From Nageia nagi (lineage: Eukaryota > Plantae > Pinophyta): a stretch of DNA of 64,000 bases. The notes below the pieces were generated by a model that searched no databases, had not been told where the DNA came from, and worked only from the letters and a program-made list of their open reading frames with translations. Below, piece after piece: positions 14,201 through 25,899 of the stretch. A program made the translations under genes and the position numbers. Position 1 is the first letter of the stretch; every line of letters begins with the position of its first letter. The DNA is taken from positions 103,416,001 to 103,480,000 of the forward strand of contig JBITNC010000001.1 in the NCBI GenBank assembly GCA_050084985.1, in the 5' to 3' direction.

Positions 14201-15119
14201 TATTTCTCACTAGGTATAGGTTTGATTACTTGGAGTTCTAAGAAGAAAACTATAGTATATTTATCTTATATAGAGGCTGAGTATGTAGCATTGACCTTAG
14301 CTGGTGCAAAAGCTTTATGGATTCAAAAAGTTCTTAATAAGATAGGTGATAATCAAAGTGTCATTAAGTTGGCACAAAATCCAGTCCACCATGCTCATTC
14401 AAAATATTTTGATATCAAGTACCACTTTATCAGAGACATGGTGGAGAAGAATCTGATTATATTGAGATATTTCAATACAAAAGATCAAATTACTAATATC
14501 TTCACAAAACAAGTTGCTAAATCTCAATTTTTGATATTAAGAGACCTAATTGTTAGCCCTCTCACCATCAAGGGAAAGTATGTTGAAACTAAACCTCATT
14601 AGACTCTGAAATTCAAGCTTAAAAATTCAAATTTTGTATTTTCTAAAAAAATGCATCACTCCATCATGTTTTCAAAACAAAACACCATCACATTTTAGAA
14701 ATGTGACTATGTTTTCCTAGAAATGTGACCACTTAGCACATTTTTCTCGAAACATGATTCCGTTTCATCTTGACAATTCCTGGGAAGTTTTGGTGAATTG
14801 TCAAGTAGTTTAAATTCAATTTATAATTTCTAAGAGTTCATTTTAATTACTATTTTCAATTTTTTAGATTCAATATGTATAAATTAATGTTCCAAACTTG
14901 TGTTTATGTTGGATTGTGGAATCATATGTTGTAACTTGTAAATTGCACCCTGTTCTTATAAAGCAAATTATTTGATGAAATGTCATAGTAATAATTCCAC
15001 TTTATTTTCTATATCTATGTCAAATTTGTGATTTGGATAATACATTTATGAATGTATGATGAATTAATTTTGTTTCTATAAGTATTTTACTATTTTATAA
15101 AGTATTTTAATCTTCAACA
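11270..15119 (+). mobile_element. 5'-truncated Ty1/Copia element (PR-IN-RT-RH plus 3' LTR)
   Basis: Protease WVLDSG at about 11358; LWHLRFGH; CEGC and LVHSDIC...FIDDFSR integrase; [24 protein letters not shown]; RNase H to 14602; PPT AAGGGAAAG followed by the LTR. No 5' LTR or gag found, so the left boundary is approximate. Confidence 0.88.
14581..15119 (+). repeat. 3' LTR of Copia element 2
   Basis: Begins TGTTGAA right after the PPT and ends TTCAACA (7-bp terminal inverted repeat). Confidence 0.8.
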
Positions 15120-15361
15120 AAGACTTAAAAAATGATGCAAATTAGCAATCTATACAAACCTTGTGTAATTATAAATTTATGCAATATAATTTGATGGATT
15201 GTTTGCCATTTTATGAAGTTATGTTGCTTCTCCATTGAGAAATTATATCCATATTTATGAATGTTTGAATTTTTTGAGAAGATTATACCAATCTATTTCC
15301 CTGTATAGAAACTTTATTCCTCTTTAAGTTAATTTTTACTAAAGAGTTGTAATGGATGGAG

Positions 15362-15600
15362 GGTTAAAAAGGTTCACCCTTCTCCATGATTACAAGTATT
15401 GAAGTAGTTAAAAGGTTCTACCATATATAAAATTATAAACTCTTTGAATGGTTAAAAAGGTTCACCCTTCTCCATAATTACAAGTATTGAAGTAGTTAAA
15501 AGGTTTACCCTTATCCAAAATTGCAAACTCTTGAAGTGGTTAAAAATGTTTAGCTTTCTTCATAATTGAAAAGTGTTGGAGTGGTAAAAAGGTTTTACAT
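15362..15600. repeat. Tandem repeat, ~44-bp monomer / 88-bp dimer, 5-6 units
   Basis: GGTTAAAAAGGTTCACCCTTCTCCAT recurs at 15362 and 15450, with GTTAAAAGGTT subunits between. Confidence 0.85.
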
Positions 15601-16840
15601 TCTCTCACATTTTCAATATTTTTTCATATATGAAAATTGAATCCATGATTATTGGATTAATGCTACCTTCTTCCATCGTATGCATCTTGACTAGTAGCAT
15701 GGTTAAGATGGCACATTTTTGTGATTAATGGATTATGCATTTTGACTAGGTGGCATAGTCAAGTTAGCATTTTCTTTATATAGGTTATAGTATTATTGTT
15801 GGAGACCTTAACCCTACAATTCAACATGTTTATAAATGGATAAAAATATATGCATCTTAAGATGGCAGTTGGTGCTTGTAACTATGCATCTTGACTACTA
15901 GTATGGTCAAGATGATGCTTATTATTATACATCATGACTAGTGGATTGCTCAAGTTGGAAATTATGTTATTATTTATATTTATGACCTTATTTGAGTATT
16001 TCCTTAATGAAAATAATCCTTTCCTTAATTTGTTTATGATAAGAAAAATATTCTTAGTGATTGTCTTCATATTTTTTCTGAAAAATATTGGCTACTTATG
16101 TAAAAGTATGCAATAAACACCTAATACTTCCAACTTAATGAAGCAAATTTTTAATAATTATTCATTAATTATAATTGACATTATCTTTGAAAAAAAAAAT
16201 TAAAAACCTGGAGAAAGTCAAAAGGGAAATAAGAGTGATGAACTCATAAAAAAGATTTAATCAAGCATAAGAGAAACAAATTATTCACAATATTATGAGA
16301 TATTAGATCATGTTGAATGATTTTAGAAATATGGATGTTTTATTTTTGCTTATTTACTATGTATCTTGTATGAAATAGATAATATCTTGATGTAACAATA
16401 TTCCAAATCTCTTAGAGCCTTTTGTACCTAACCTCTAACTCTAAGGAAACTTGTAATCCATCTTATGTGGTTGTTTTCCTTCATTGCTAAAATGTTCAGA
16501 TCAAAAAAACTAAGTCTACAAAAGTGAACTATGCACTTAATTGATACTAACCAACACATGTTGTTTAGACTCTCCTCACCTACAATGTTTCCTATTCAAT
16601 AATTTGCACTCAGAATTCCAATCTACCTACCTTATTCATCCCTAATTTACACCTACCAAAAATGATTTACACTTGCCAAATTTTGGTTACCACTAAACCA
16701 TATGATGCTATTATATTTACCTTCATAGATGCTTACTTACATAAATAAAAGCATGTTACATGACCTTATTTACTTTTTTTTCCCCTTTTTTTACTTCTTC
16801 TAATGAAGAGGAGAAATTATTACTATATGATGTCAACTTC

Positions 16841-17065
16841 ATATGAAAGCATATATGAACCTATATAATTGCTTAGGATGATAAAATTGACCTTATGGTC
16901 TATATTATATTATATCATTTCTTTATATGAAAGCACATATGAACATATATAATTTTTTAAGATGGTAAATTTGACCTTAAGGTCTATATTATATTATATC
17001 ATTTCTTTATATGAAAGCACATATGAACATATATAATTTCTTAAGGTGGTAAAGTTAACCTTAAG
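16841..17065. repeat. 84-bp tandem repeat, ~2.7 copies
   Basis: ATATGAAAGCA.ATATGAAC starts at 16841, 16925 and 17009. Confidence 0.9.
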
Positions 17066-17518
17066 GGGGAGTGAAGTATGAATGAATAATTCATATTTAA
17101 GTCTTTAAAACACATTTTATATTGTCTATGATGTGGATCATTTTAGATGACTATATACTTTCTTGGCATTGTTTGGCTTATAGTGCATCTACTTGATCTT
17201 GTTCTGAGTTGCTTGTAGCTTGCATGTTTCTTTTAGAGATTGGAGGTTACTTCCTTTAGGTATACAAGCTCATGGAGGCTCTTCATATCAACATGTTGTT
17301 TTATGAATAATACTTGTATATTAAAACTATTTATGGTTGTTAGATTTTTGTATTTTAAACCATTTATTTAAATGGTTAAGTAGCTAAACCTTATAGAACC
17401 ATCTCAATTCTATGCTTTCAAGTTTTCATCTCCAATTGTATTTTCTATGGAGGAGAACTCTCTTATACTATTTGACATTATCTTCTTTTTACTTTTCCAA
17501 TATTATATTAAGGGGGAG

Positions 17519-17811
17519 TGTTAGAACATATAATGTATTATTGTATAAGTTAGTCTTTAGATAGTATCTAAGTATAAATACTCCTTTCATGTAACTCCCT
17601 ATTTTATCAATTAATTATTAAAAGTGATTAAATAGTAGAAGACTTTGACTTCACTCAAGCATGAAACTTGTCCATTCTAACCCCATGTAAACATTGGGTT
17701 AAAAGGTGAGTTAAGGTGAGGTTATCACCTATAAATAGAGGGCTTGGGATTGTTGTAAAACACACTTGTAGAAAGCACTCTCATGCTTATAGTTCCATGA
17801 GATCTTGATCT
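17519..17811 (+). repeat. Truncated 3' LTR of the outer element
   Basis: Starts TGTTAG after PPT AGGGGGAG; identity with 1-143 stops abruptly at 17811. Confidence 0.8.
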
Positions 17812-20800
17812 TGTAGAAAGATTGAATATGCTTCTATTTGTAGATAGAATTAGATTTCTTGAGATAATAAAACTTTGAGATGGTTCAAGTGGATGTACTC
17901 CCATAGTTCGAGGAACCACTATACATATTTGAGTTTTCTTATGTGAATGATATATGCGTTCTTAATATTAGTGAAATATTCCATACAAGGTGATATTGGA
18001 TGGAGATAAAGAATTACTTCATATCCTTCAAAAATAAAACCATAACATGTTTGAAAGTGTAGATAGAAGAATCCAAAAAGATCCTTGAATATCTTGAAGT
18101 ATAATTGACCATGAAGGTAGAAAATTGTAGCAAATTAGAATAAGAGGTATTTGATTTTATAAATGCAATTAGGAGAGTTGGATAATAAAATTAGTATGTA
18201 TCACAAACTTTAAGGAGGTGCTAGAATATTGGATAAACTCAAAAAAATCCAAAAAACTTAATCCAACAAATTTGGCATTGTATTTGAAGAAGGAGAATCA
18301 TGAAAAGAACCAAAGGTCACCAATGAAGAATTGATTAAGATGGAATAAAAGGAAGTACAAGTTGATCAAGTAAGGTGCAAAAGGAATGTGTAAGATTATG
18401 GTTTTATTAATGTCTATATCAAAGGAGAATATGATTAATGGTACTTGCAAACTCATAGAAAATACCACAAACCAGGTTCAATTTTTTCTTTTCTAGATAC
18501 AATTTTAAATGAAATGGTTATGGTCATAAAATATCATATTGCAAATTTAATGTATGACCAAGAAATTTTTCCAATAAAAATGACTTTTTACATTTGATGG
18601 ATTATGAAGTAGAATGTTATACATGTCATAATTTTGGGCATATTGCAAGAAATTGTAGAAGTACTTTTATGCCATATCAATTTTAGGATAAATTTTTTTA
18701 GACAAACTCAATGAGATAAAATAAAAGAGCTATTGAAAATAAAAAATTAGTACAAAACCCTCAAGTGAAGTCAAATAGGTTTGAAAATAGAAATAACAAT
18801 AATAGGAAGATGAGGAGTCCTTAATTATGCAAACAATTTTGAAGGAACATAAGAAACCTGCACCTTGTATACTTGATAGTGGATGTTCTAGTCACATGAT
18901 AGGTGATAAATAAAGATTTGAGAAATTGTAGCAATATGAAGGTGGATTCATGAAGTTTGAAAATAATGATGGAGCCAAGATTGGAAAAGGTATGGTTAAG
19001 ATAAGTAATAATAATATCAAGTCAGAGGAAGTTTTATTTATGGTTGGTCTAAAGCATAACTTATTGATTATAAGTTAGATTTGTGATAAAGGTCATGATG
19101 TGATTTTTAAGAAGTAGGGGTGTGAAATTAGATGGGAAAAAAATTAAAAAGTGATAGTAGTTGGAACAAGGATATCTGGTAATTTGTACACTCTCATAGA
19201 GACTTCATAAGGATCTTGCTTACTAGGATAGGAAGATGAAAATTGGCTATAGCATAAGAGATTTGGGCACAAACTAGTGAAGCTCAATACACAAAAAGTA
19301 GTAAGAGATATTCCAAGCATATCCAAGCCATCAAACAACACTTATGTATCATGTAAAAAGGGTAAGTAAACTATAAGCTCATTTAAGTAAAAAGAGTATT
19401 ACACTAGTAAACTACTTGAACTAGTGCATACAGACTTGTGTGGACCCATGAGAACTCAAAGCATAAATGGTAATAAATATTTTATGTTATGCATATATGA
19501 TTATTCTAGAATCATATGGGTATAATTTTTGAAACATAATTCAAAAGCCTTTGACATGTTTAAGGTCTTCAAGGACTAGGTTGAGAACCAAATTGGTAGA
19601 AGAATCAAATTCCTAAGGTTAGATAAAGGATGTGAGTTTATTTATGATGAGTTTACTAAGTACTATGAAAAGTATGGTATTAGAAGACAACTTTCAATGA
19701 AAAGGATACCTCAGTAGAATAGAATTATGGAAAGAAAAAATAGGATAATGTAAGAAATGGTAAGAACTATGTTAACTAAAACTAAAGTTGTTGACAGATT
19801 TTAGAAAGAGATAGTTCATACAATAGTCTACATTTTCAATAGATGCATGTTGAGGCCAAATGAAAATAGAATATCCTACAAGATGTGGTTTGCTAGAAAA
19901 GCAACAATAAGATATTTCAAAGTGTTTGGTAGTAAGTGTTACATCAAAAGAATCAAAGATAATGTCAAACAATTCAAAGATAGGGCTGATGAAGGTATCT
20001 TTCTTGGTTACTCAACAAAAAACAAAGCATACAAGTGCTATAATAAAAGGTTGAGAAAACTAGTTGAAAATGTTGATGTTAAGGTTGATGAGCAGTGAGA
20101 TTTACCAAAAAATAATGAATTTTTTTTTCCCATTTATGAAGAAACCATTGAAGGAGAAAAGGAAGAAGACAAAGATAAAAGAGCAGGAAGTGAGTTAGAA
20201 AAGAAGAAATCAAATGAATATAAACAAAAGGATAAGAAACCCAAATCCATAACTTGGAAAAAAGATCATTCTAAAGAATAGATAATTGAAGATCCCAAAG
20301 TTGGTGTTTAGATAATAAGGAAAATTGTATGATCCTTCTCTCTTTTATCTAGCATAGAACCTAAAAATGTTATTGAGGAAAGTTGAGATGAAGTTCAGGT
20401 ACAAGTAATGAATGCAAAATTAGATCAAATTGAGAAAAATAAGACTTGGGAGTTGGTACCAAGACCTACAAATAAGAATGTCATTGGTACCAAATGGATC
20501 TTTTGAAATAAATTAAATGAAAATGGACAAGTAGTTAGTAACAAAGCATGATTGGTATGTAAAGGGTATGCACAAGTTGAAGGTGTTAACTTTGAGGAAA
20601 CCTTTTCTTATGTGGCTAGATTTGAGGTAATTAAAATGTTTCTTGATTTGGTAGTATACAAGAATTTTAAGGTATATAAAATGGAAGTGAAATCAATATT
20701 TTTAAATGGAAACCTTGAAGAAAAAGTTTATATTGAGTAGCTTGATGGTTTTAAGCTTGGTGATGATCCCAACTTAGTTTAAAAATTAAATAAAGCATTA

Positions 20801-23800
20801 TAAGGGTTGAAATAGGTACCTCAAGCATGGTATTCAAGGTTGGATAATTATCTTATGTAACAGGGATTCAAGAAAGGTATGGTGGATAACCATTTGTATG
20901 TTAAACTTGAAAATGGTCATTATATTATTATTAAGGTGTAAGTAGATGATATCATATTTGGTAGGTAAAAACATGACTTTTGCAAATATTTTTCAAATAA
21001 GATGTAGAAAGAATTTGAAATATCTATGATTGGTGAACTTTTGTATTTTCTTGGTTTGCAAGTTAGTAAAAAAGAGAAAGACATATTTATATCTCAAATT
21101 GAATATGTAAAAGAGATGTTGAAAAATCTCATAATGGAGGATTGCAAGCCAGTTAGCACTCCCCCAATAGATTGTAAGTTGAGCAAGAATGAAAAATATC
21201 CATCTATTGATGACTATATATAGGTATATAATTGGAAGCTTACTATACTTGAAAATGGCTAGATCAAATATTTTACAGGTAGTGTGTATGGTTGCATGAT
21301 TTCAGGCTAGTACCAAAGAGATTCATGTGATAGCTATGAAGGATTTTTTAGTTCCTTAAGTCACAATGGATTATGGTATTGAAATGATAATAACTTCACA
21401 CTTTTTGCATATTTAGACACAGATTGGGTAGGATGTGTCGATGACAAGAAGAGCACTTGTGGTGGTACATTTTATCTTGGTGGTAACTTAGTGTCTTAGT
21501 AAAACAAAAAGTAGGAATCAATTTCTTTATCCATAATAGAGGAAAATTACATTGCAGCAAAATCATATTGTATGTAGGTTCTATGGATGAAGTAAACTCT
21601 AAAGGATCTTGGAATAAATTTGAGCGAGACTATCTCTATTATGTGTGATAATACTAATGCAACTAATATTTCCAAGAATCCAATGATGCATTCTTGCAAA
21701 AAGCACATAACTATTAGGTATCATTTCTTGAAGGAGAAAGTGGTAGATGGTGAGGTAAATTTATATTTTTTTCCCATGATAGAGCAAGTAGAATATAGTT
21801 TTACAAAACCATTTCTCAAGGAAGTTTTTCAATACCTTCACAAAAAATTAGGAATGTTCACACTTCCTAAGAATTGACTAGCTTTTGGGGCTATATTTTT
21901 AGGGGGAGCATTCATGTCCTTGTTTTTTTTTTGATCCTATTTGTAATTATGCTAATTATACTAATATTTACCTAGGAATGTTTTATATGTACTCAAGGGG
22001 ATTCTTTGACTACCTTTTGATCTTATTATCAAAGGGGGAGGAGAATTACTGGAAATGGTGTGTGTGTTACCAACAATTACAAAGGGGGAGATTGTTGAGC
22101 AATGTGCAATGGTAATGTTGTCATTATTTTCAATACACTATTATGGATATGTTCAACACTTGCATAGAAATTTTTAGTGTCTATGTGCTTCAATGTGAAA
22201 AGTTGCAAAAGTTACAAAGATCATCAAAAGTTGCAAATGGTGCAAAAGCCATTCATATATTCTTGTTTGAATATGTTCAATGCTTATGAGGGTTTTTTTG
22301 ATGTTCATGTGAAGTTGTTACAAGTTGTTCATGTAAATTTGCAAAATTCATCAAGAAGTTGTCAAAGTTGTCAAAATTACAAAAGTTGTCAGTAAGGAGC
22401 AAAAGTTGCAAATTTTGCTCCTACATGTCAATGGATTGTGTTTGATGGTATAACATATCTTATGGAACCTTTTTTATTAGTTAAAAGTAAAGTTTCACAA
22501 TTAGTACAACTAGTTGACTTATCGATGCATCAGTGGTAGAGCTTGTGACTTTTTTGGCTAAGTGCTATTTTGGATAAAGTTATTATTTTATAGGAGTTAT
22601 TATGTGCATTAAATAATGAATTAGAGATTGATTTTTGTACCAATAGTAGAGGGATATATAAAGAATAGGTGGTTCAAATTGTTTCTCAATCAAACACTAG
22701 AGAAGAAAGTTATAGCTTTCAAAAAATGCCTACGAAATATTTTTTCCAATTTTGGGTAGTTTTGTGGGACAATGATAAAATGCCAAAAATGGTGATGAAA
22801 TGTGAGTTTTTTCAAAATATGATGATTCTTTCATATTTATATCACAAAATTAAGCAATTTTTCCTTTTGGAGAATCATTATCTAAGGTCTTGAAGTATGA
22901 GAAACTATAAATTACACATTCTTTGAACGCTAAAGTGTTCGATGATGTCTTTGAAATCAACATTAGAGTATACATTGTTAGAGGTAAAGTAAGTAATACT
23001 TGATGAATTAAAGGTTTAAATTTTGAGTTAATGTATTCAAATATATTGTGAATATGTGATCCAAATTTAATCTCAACAAGAGACCCAAGGAAGAAAAGGT
23101 GAGCATTGCAAAATAGGTCTAGAGAACTTTTTTTAAGTTTTGGATAATTTTGTTGTTTTCATGATAATTTTTCTTTGAAGTGCATTTGGTCAAAATAGAT
23201 TAGTGTTGTGCATGCTGGCATGTTTGAAAATAGTTTAGAACAATATTGGAAGTGTTAGCTCAATGTTTGGGTTGATTGGTGGCATTGCTGATATTTGTTT
23301 GGATAAGTTTGCACTTTGTGGGATAGATGCAAAATTAGCGCTAAAGGCCTTAAAGCAAGTGAAATTATGGGAAATACTTAAAACTTTGTGGGTTTAAAAT
23401 TTTACAAGAGGTAGGTTTTATTCATATGAACATAATATACAAATTTCAAGTCAAACGGACACCCAAGGAGGAGTTTGTGTGAGTTGCAAAAAGCTAATTT
23501 ATTACTTTTTTCAATTTTGGGCAGCCTTGTGAATAGTGACTTTTTCGTAAAATTCATCTCTTATGTTTATGGAATTAGTTGTTCAAAAGTTTCTTCATGT
23601 ATAATGCATTGACATGAATAACTTGGCTTTGTGAATCATGTCAATCCAAGGTCCCAAAGTTGGAGAACAAGTAAAGTGCACAATACTTTGTCAATGTATT
23701 GTTTGACAAAATGCTTCATTAATAGTTGGGGACTTTATATAAACATTTTTTATATTTATTACAAATTTAAAAAGAGCTATTTTTTTTGAGAGAGAAAGTT

Positions 23801-24568
23801 GCTCATTTAAAAATGGGACAAAGTGATAATATTAAAAGATGTGAGAGCTAATGAAATAAAAAGATAAAAGAATGCCTATGTGTTGAAAGTGTTGTTATTT
23901 TAAAAGAAATAGAAGAGGCATTCGTTATATGTTGTGTGCTTGAAAGGAAACTGAAGAAAAAAAAGAGACAATAGTTTTTCATTATTTTATTGCTAGTGAT
24001 TGATAGAAATTCATAAGGCTAAGAGTTAAAAAAGGGAATATGAAGAGTGTTTTGGGCAATCTATTTTTTATTATTTAGTAAGTGTGGAGAGAGTGTAGTG
24101 AGTTCTTTTTTAGGTGTAGCATAGTGAGATCAGTTTAGTACAGTGTGATGTGATCCATGCTTTAGTTTAGTATTGTCAATGTGGTTTTAGGAAGCTATAC
24201 CATTCAGGGTCGTATGTTAGGATTCAGATTTCCATTAAGTTTTCAATTTTTTCAGATTGATGCTTAGCAATCAGAGTTGATGCTCTATGCAATAGGCACT
24301 GCAAAAATTTGGGTTGGTTGGTGTTATTATTCATAGTGGGTTCTATAAAATTTGTAAAAAACCATCCCTATTTTTTAATTAGATTTGGGTGGGAGCCCAA
24401 GTAGTTCATTAGCATTGTGATTTTTTCCATATCGGGTTTCCACTATAAATTGAGTATTTTATAATGTATGCTTTTGTGTGGTACTTTTGTTGCTTTGATT
24501 TTGTACTCACTTTAATATTTTAACACATACTAATTCATTCCCCTCTTAGTGTTATGCTTAGTTCAAAA
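17812..24568 (+). mobile_element. 5'-truncated SIRE/Maximus-like Copia element with a ~2.5-kb 3' LTR
   Basis: CCHC knuckle CYTCHNFGHIARNC at about 18615; protease LDSGCSSHM at about 18870; integrase 19420-20100; RT (KGYAQVEGVNFEETF) 20550-21220; RNase H CDNTNATNISKNP to 21877; triple AGGGGGAG PPT; LTR from 22093. Confidence 0.85.
22093..24568 (+). repeat. 3' LTR of the SIRE-like element
   Basis: TGTTG after PPT AAAGGGGGAGAT; degenerate ATTCACCCCCCTCT-type U5 motif (ATTCATTCCCCTCT) at about 24533; ends TTCAAAA, probably TTCAACA originally. Confidence 0.7.
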
Positions 24569-25147
24569 ATGAAGGTTTGAAATATTTATATGCTTATCTA
24601 CAAGGAGTTAAGGTCATATCTTATTGAGTTTGTTTGATCATTTGCTTCTATTTTATTTATTCAAGATCAGTATCTAAGATAGACCCTAAGAGATGTTTTA
24701 CTTATGTATCTACTTTTTACAAGATTTGGATAAGTAAAGGAAGACCTTCTTTTATAGTTAATAATTTTCTACCTTATGGAATAAATAAGATTTTGGCAAG
24801 TACCTCTAATGCATTAAATAGGAGTTCATCATTTTTTTCTTGATTATTTTTTGCATCTTTTTCAGTTGAGTGAATATAATCTTTCAAAGTACTATCATAT
24901 TCATCATTTATGTGTATCCTCCATACTCTTTCACTTTATCTTCTTAGTGCATTGACATAATTCTTACTTGCCCTAGTATTTTTAGGTTGTATAGCAGGAA
25001 ACTTAAGGGTTTCTTTATTTGAAGCAATAGGTGTATCCATTTATAAAATATTTGAAATAAAAGATTAGTTCTATCCAAAACCCTATGGTTTTAGTGCAAC
25101 TAGTGAGGATATAGTGATGTATCAAAAAGAAGTTGAGTTCACCAATT

Positions 25148-25873
25148 GTTATAACAAAAATAATAATAATTAGGGTTATTTACAAAATATTCAATTTAAT
25201 TAATTAACTACAAAATAACAAAAAGTGATGACATGAAAGATGATAATCACCTAATTGACCTTGACCTATCAAAATTGGATTTACAAAATATACAAACATT
25301 TATTTTACTTATCATGATGAAAGAACATGATATTGAATCAAAAGAGAATAAATGATGAGCTTCTTTGAAGAATAAAGCCACAAATACAACCTCAACCCAG
25401 CGTTGATGTTAGCATCTTAGCAGCACCACCTAGTTGCCTTTTTAGAATATCTCATCCTTTCACTTAGTTTCACCATATCACCTTTGATTCTTAGAATATC
25501 ACTCATGAATGGATGAAAATGTCATAGGAATACAAAGCTCAAAGTATAGCAAAATCTAGAAATGATAGCTAGTGTTAAGAAACACTGATCAAGAATGACA
25601 CTAGTATATTGCCACCTATCAAGGATTTGAGATTATTTCATGTCATATCATATCTTTGATCATGAAAAACCCCTCCACCTTTATAGGTAGCATGTCTAGT
25701 GCTAATGCTCCTCCTCAGGCTTATTGCGATGTTGAGCTAACCTATTATCATGAAACATAAATATAGATGAGAGTGCATAATGATAAGAGCATTTATTTAA
25801 TAAATTAAATAAATTATTTTAAATACCTAAAAGAGTATTTTAATTAAATTAAAATTCCTTTTTAGGTATTAAC
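25148..25873. repeat. Possible solo LTR
   Basis: Ends TGTTATAACAAAAA ... TTTTTAGGTATTAACA form an imperfect inverted repeat. No clean TSD. Confidence 0.3.
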
Positions 25874-25899
25874 ATATACCAAATTTCTTCCTTGTATAT

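Larger units (their letters stand above)
1..17811 (+). mobile_element. Outer non-autonomous (LARD-like) LTR retrotransposon hosting nested Copia insertions
   Basis: LTR pair (1-143 / 17519-17811). PPT TAAGGGGGAG directly before TGTTAG at 17519. The internal dispersed motif TGACTAGTGGCATGGTCAAGTTAG occurs on both sides of the nested elements. No recognisable gag/pol of its own. Confidence 0.6.

Noticed and set aside
15362-15600. Regularly spaced repeats resembling a CRISPR array
   Set aside because: The intervening sequences are themselves repeated (tandem dimer), the context is a eukaryotic TE, and there are no cas genes.
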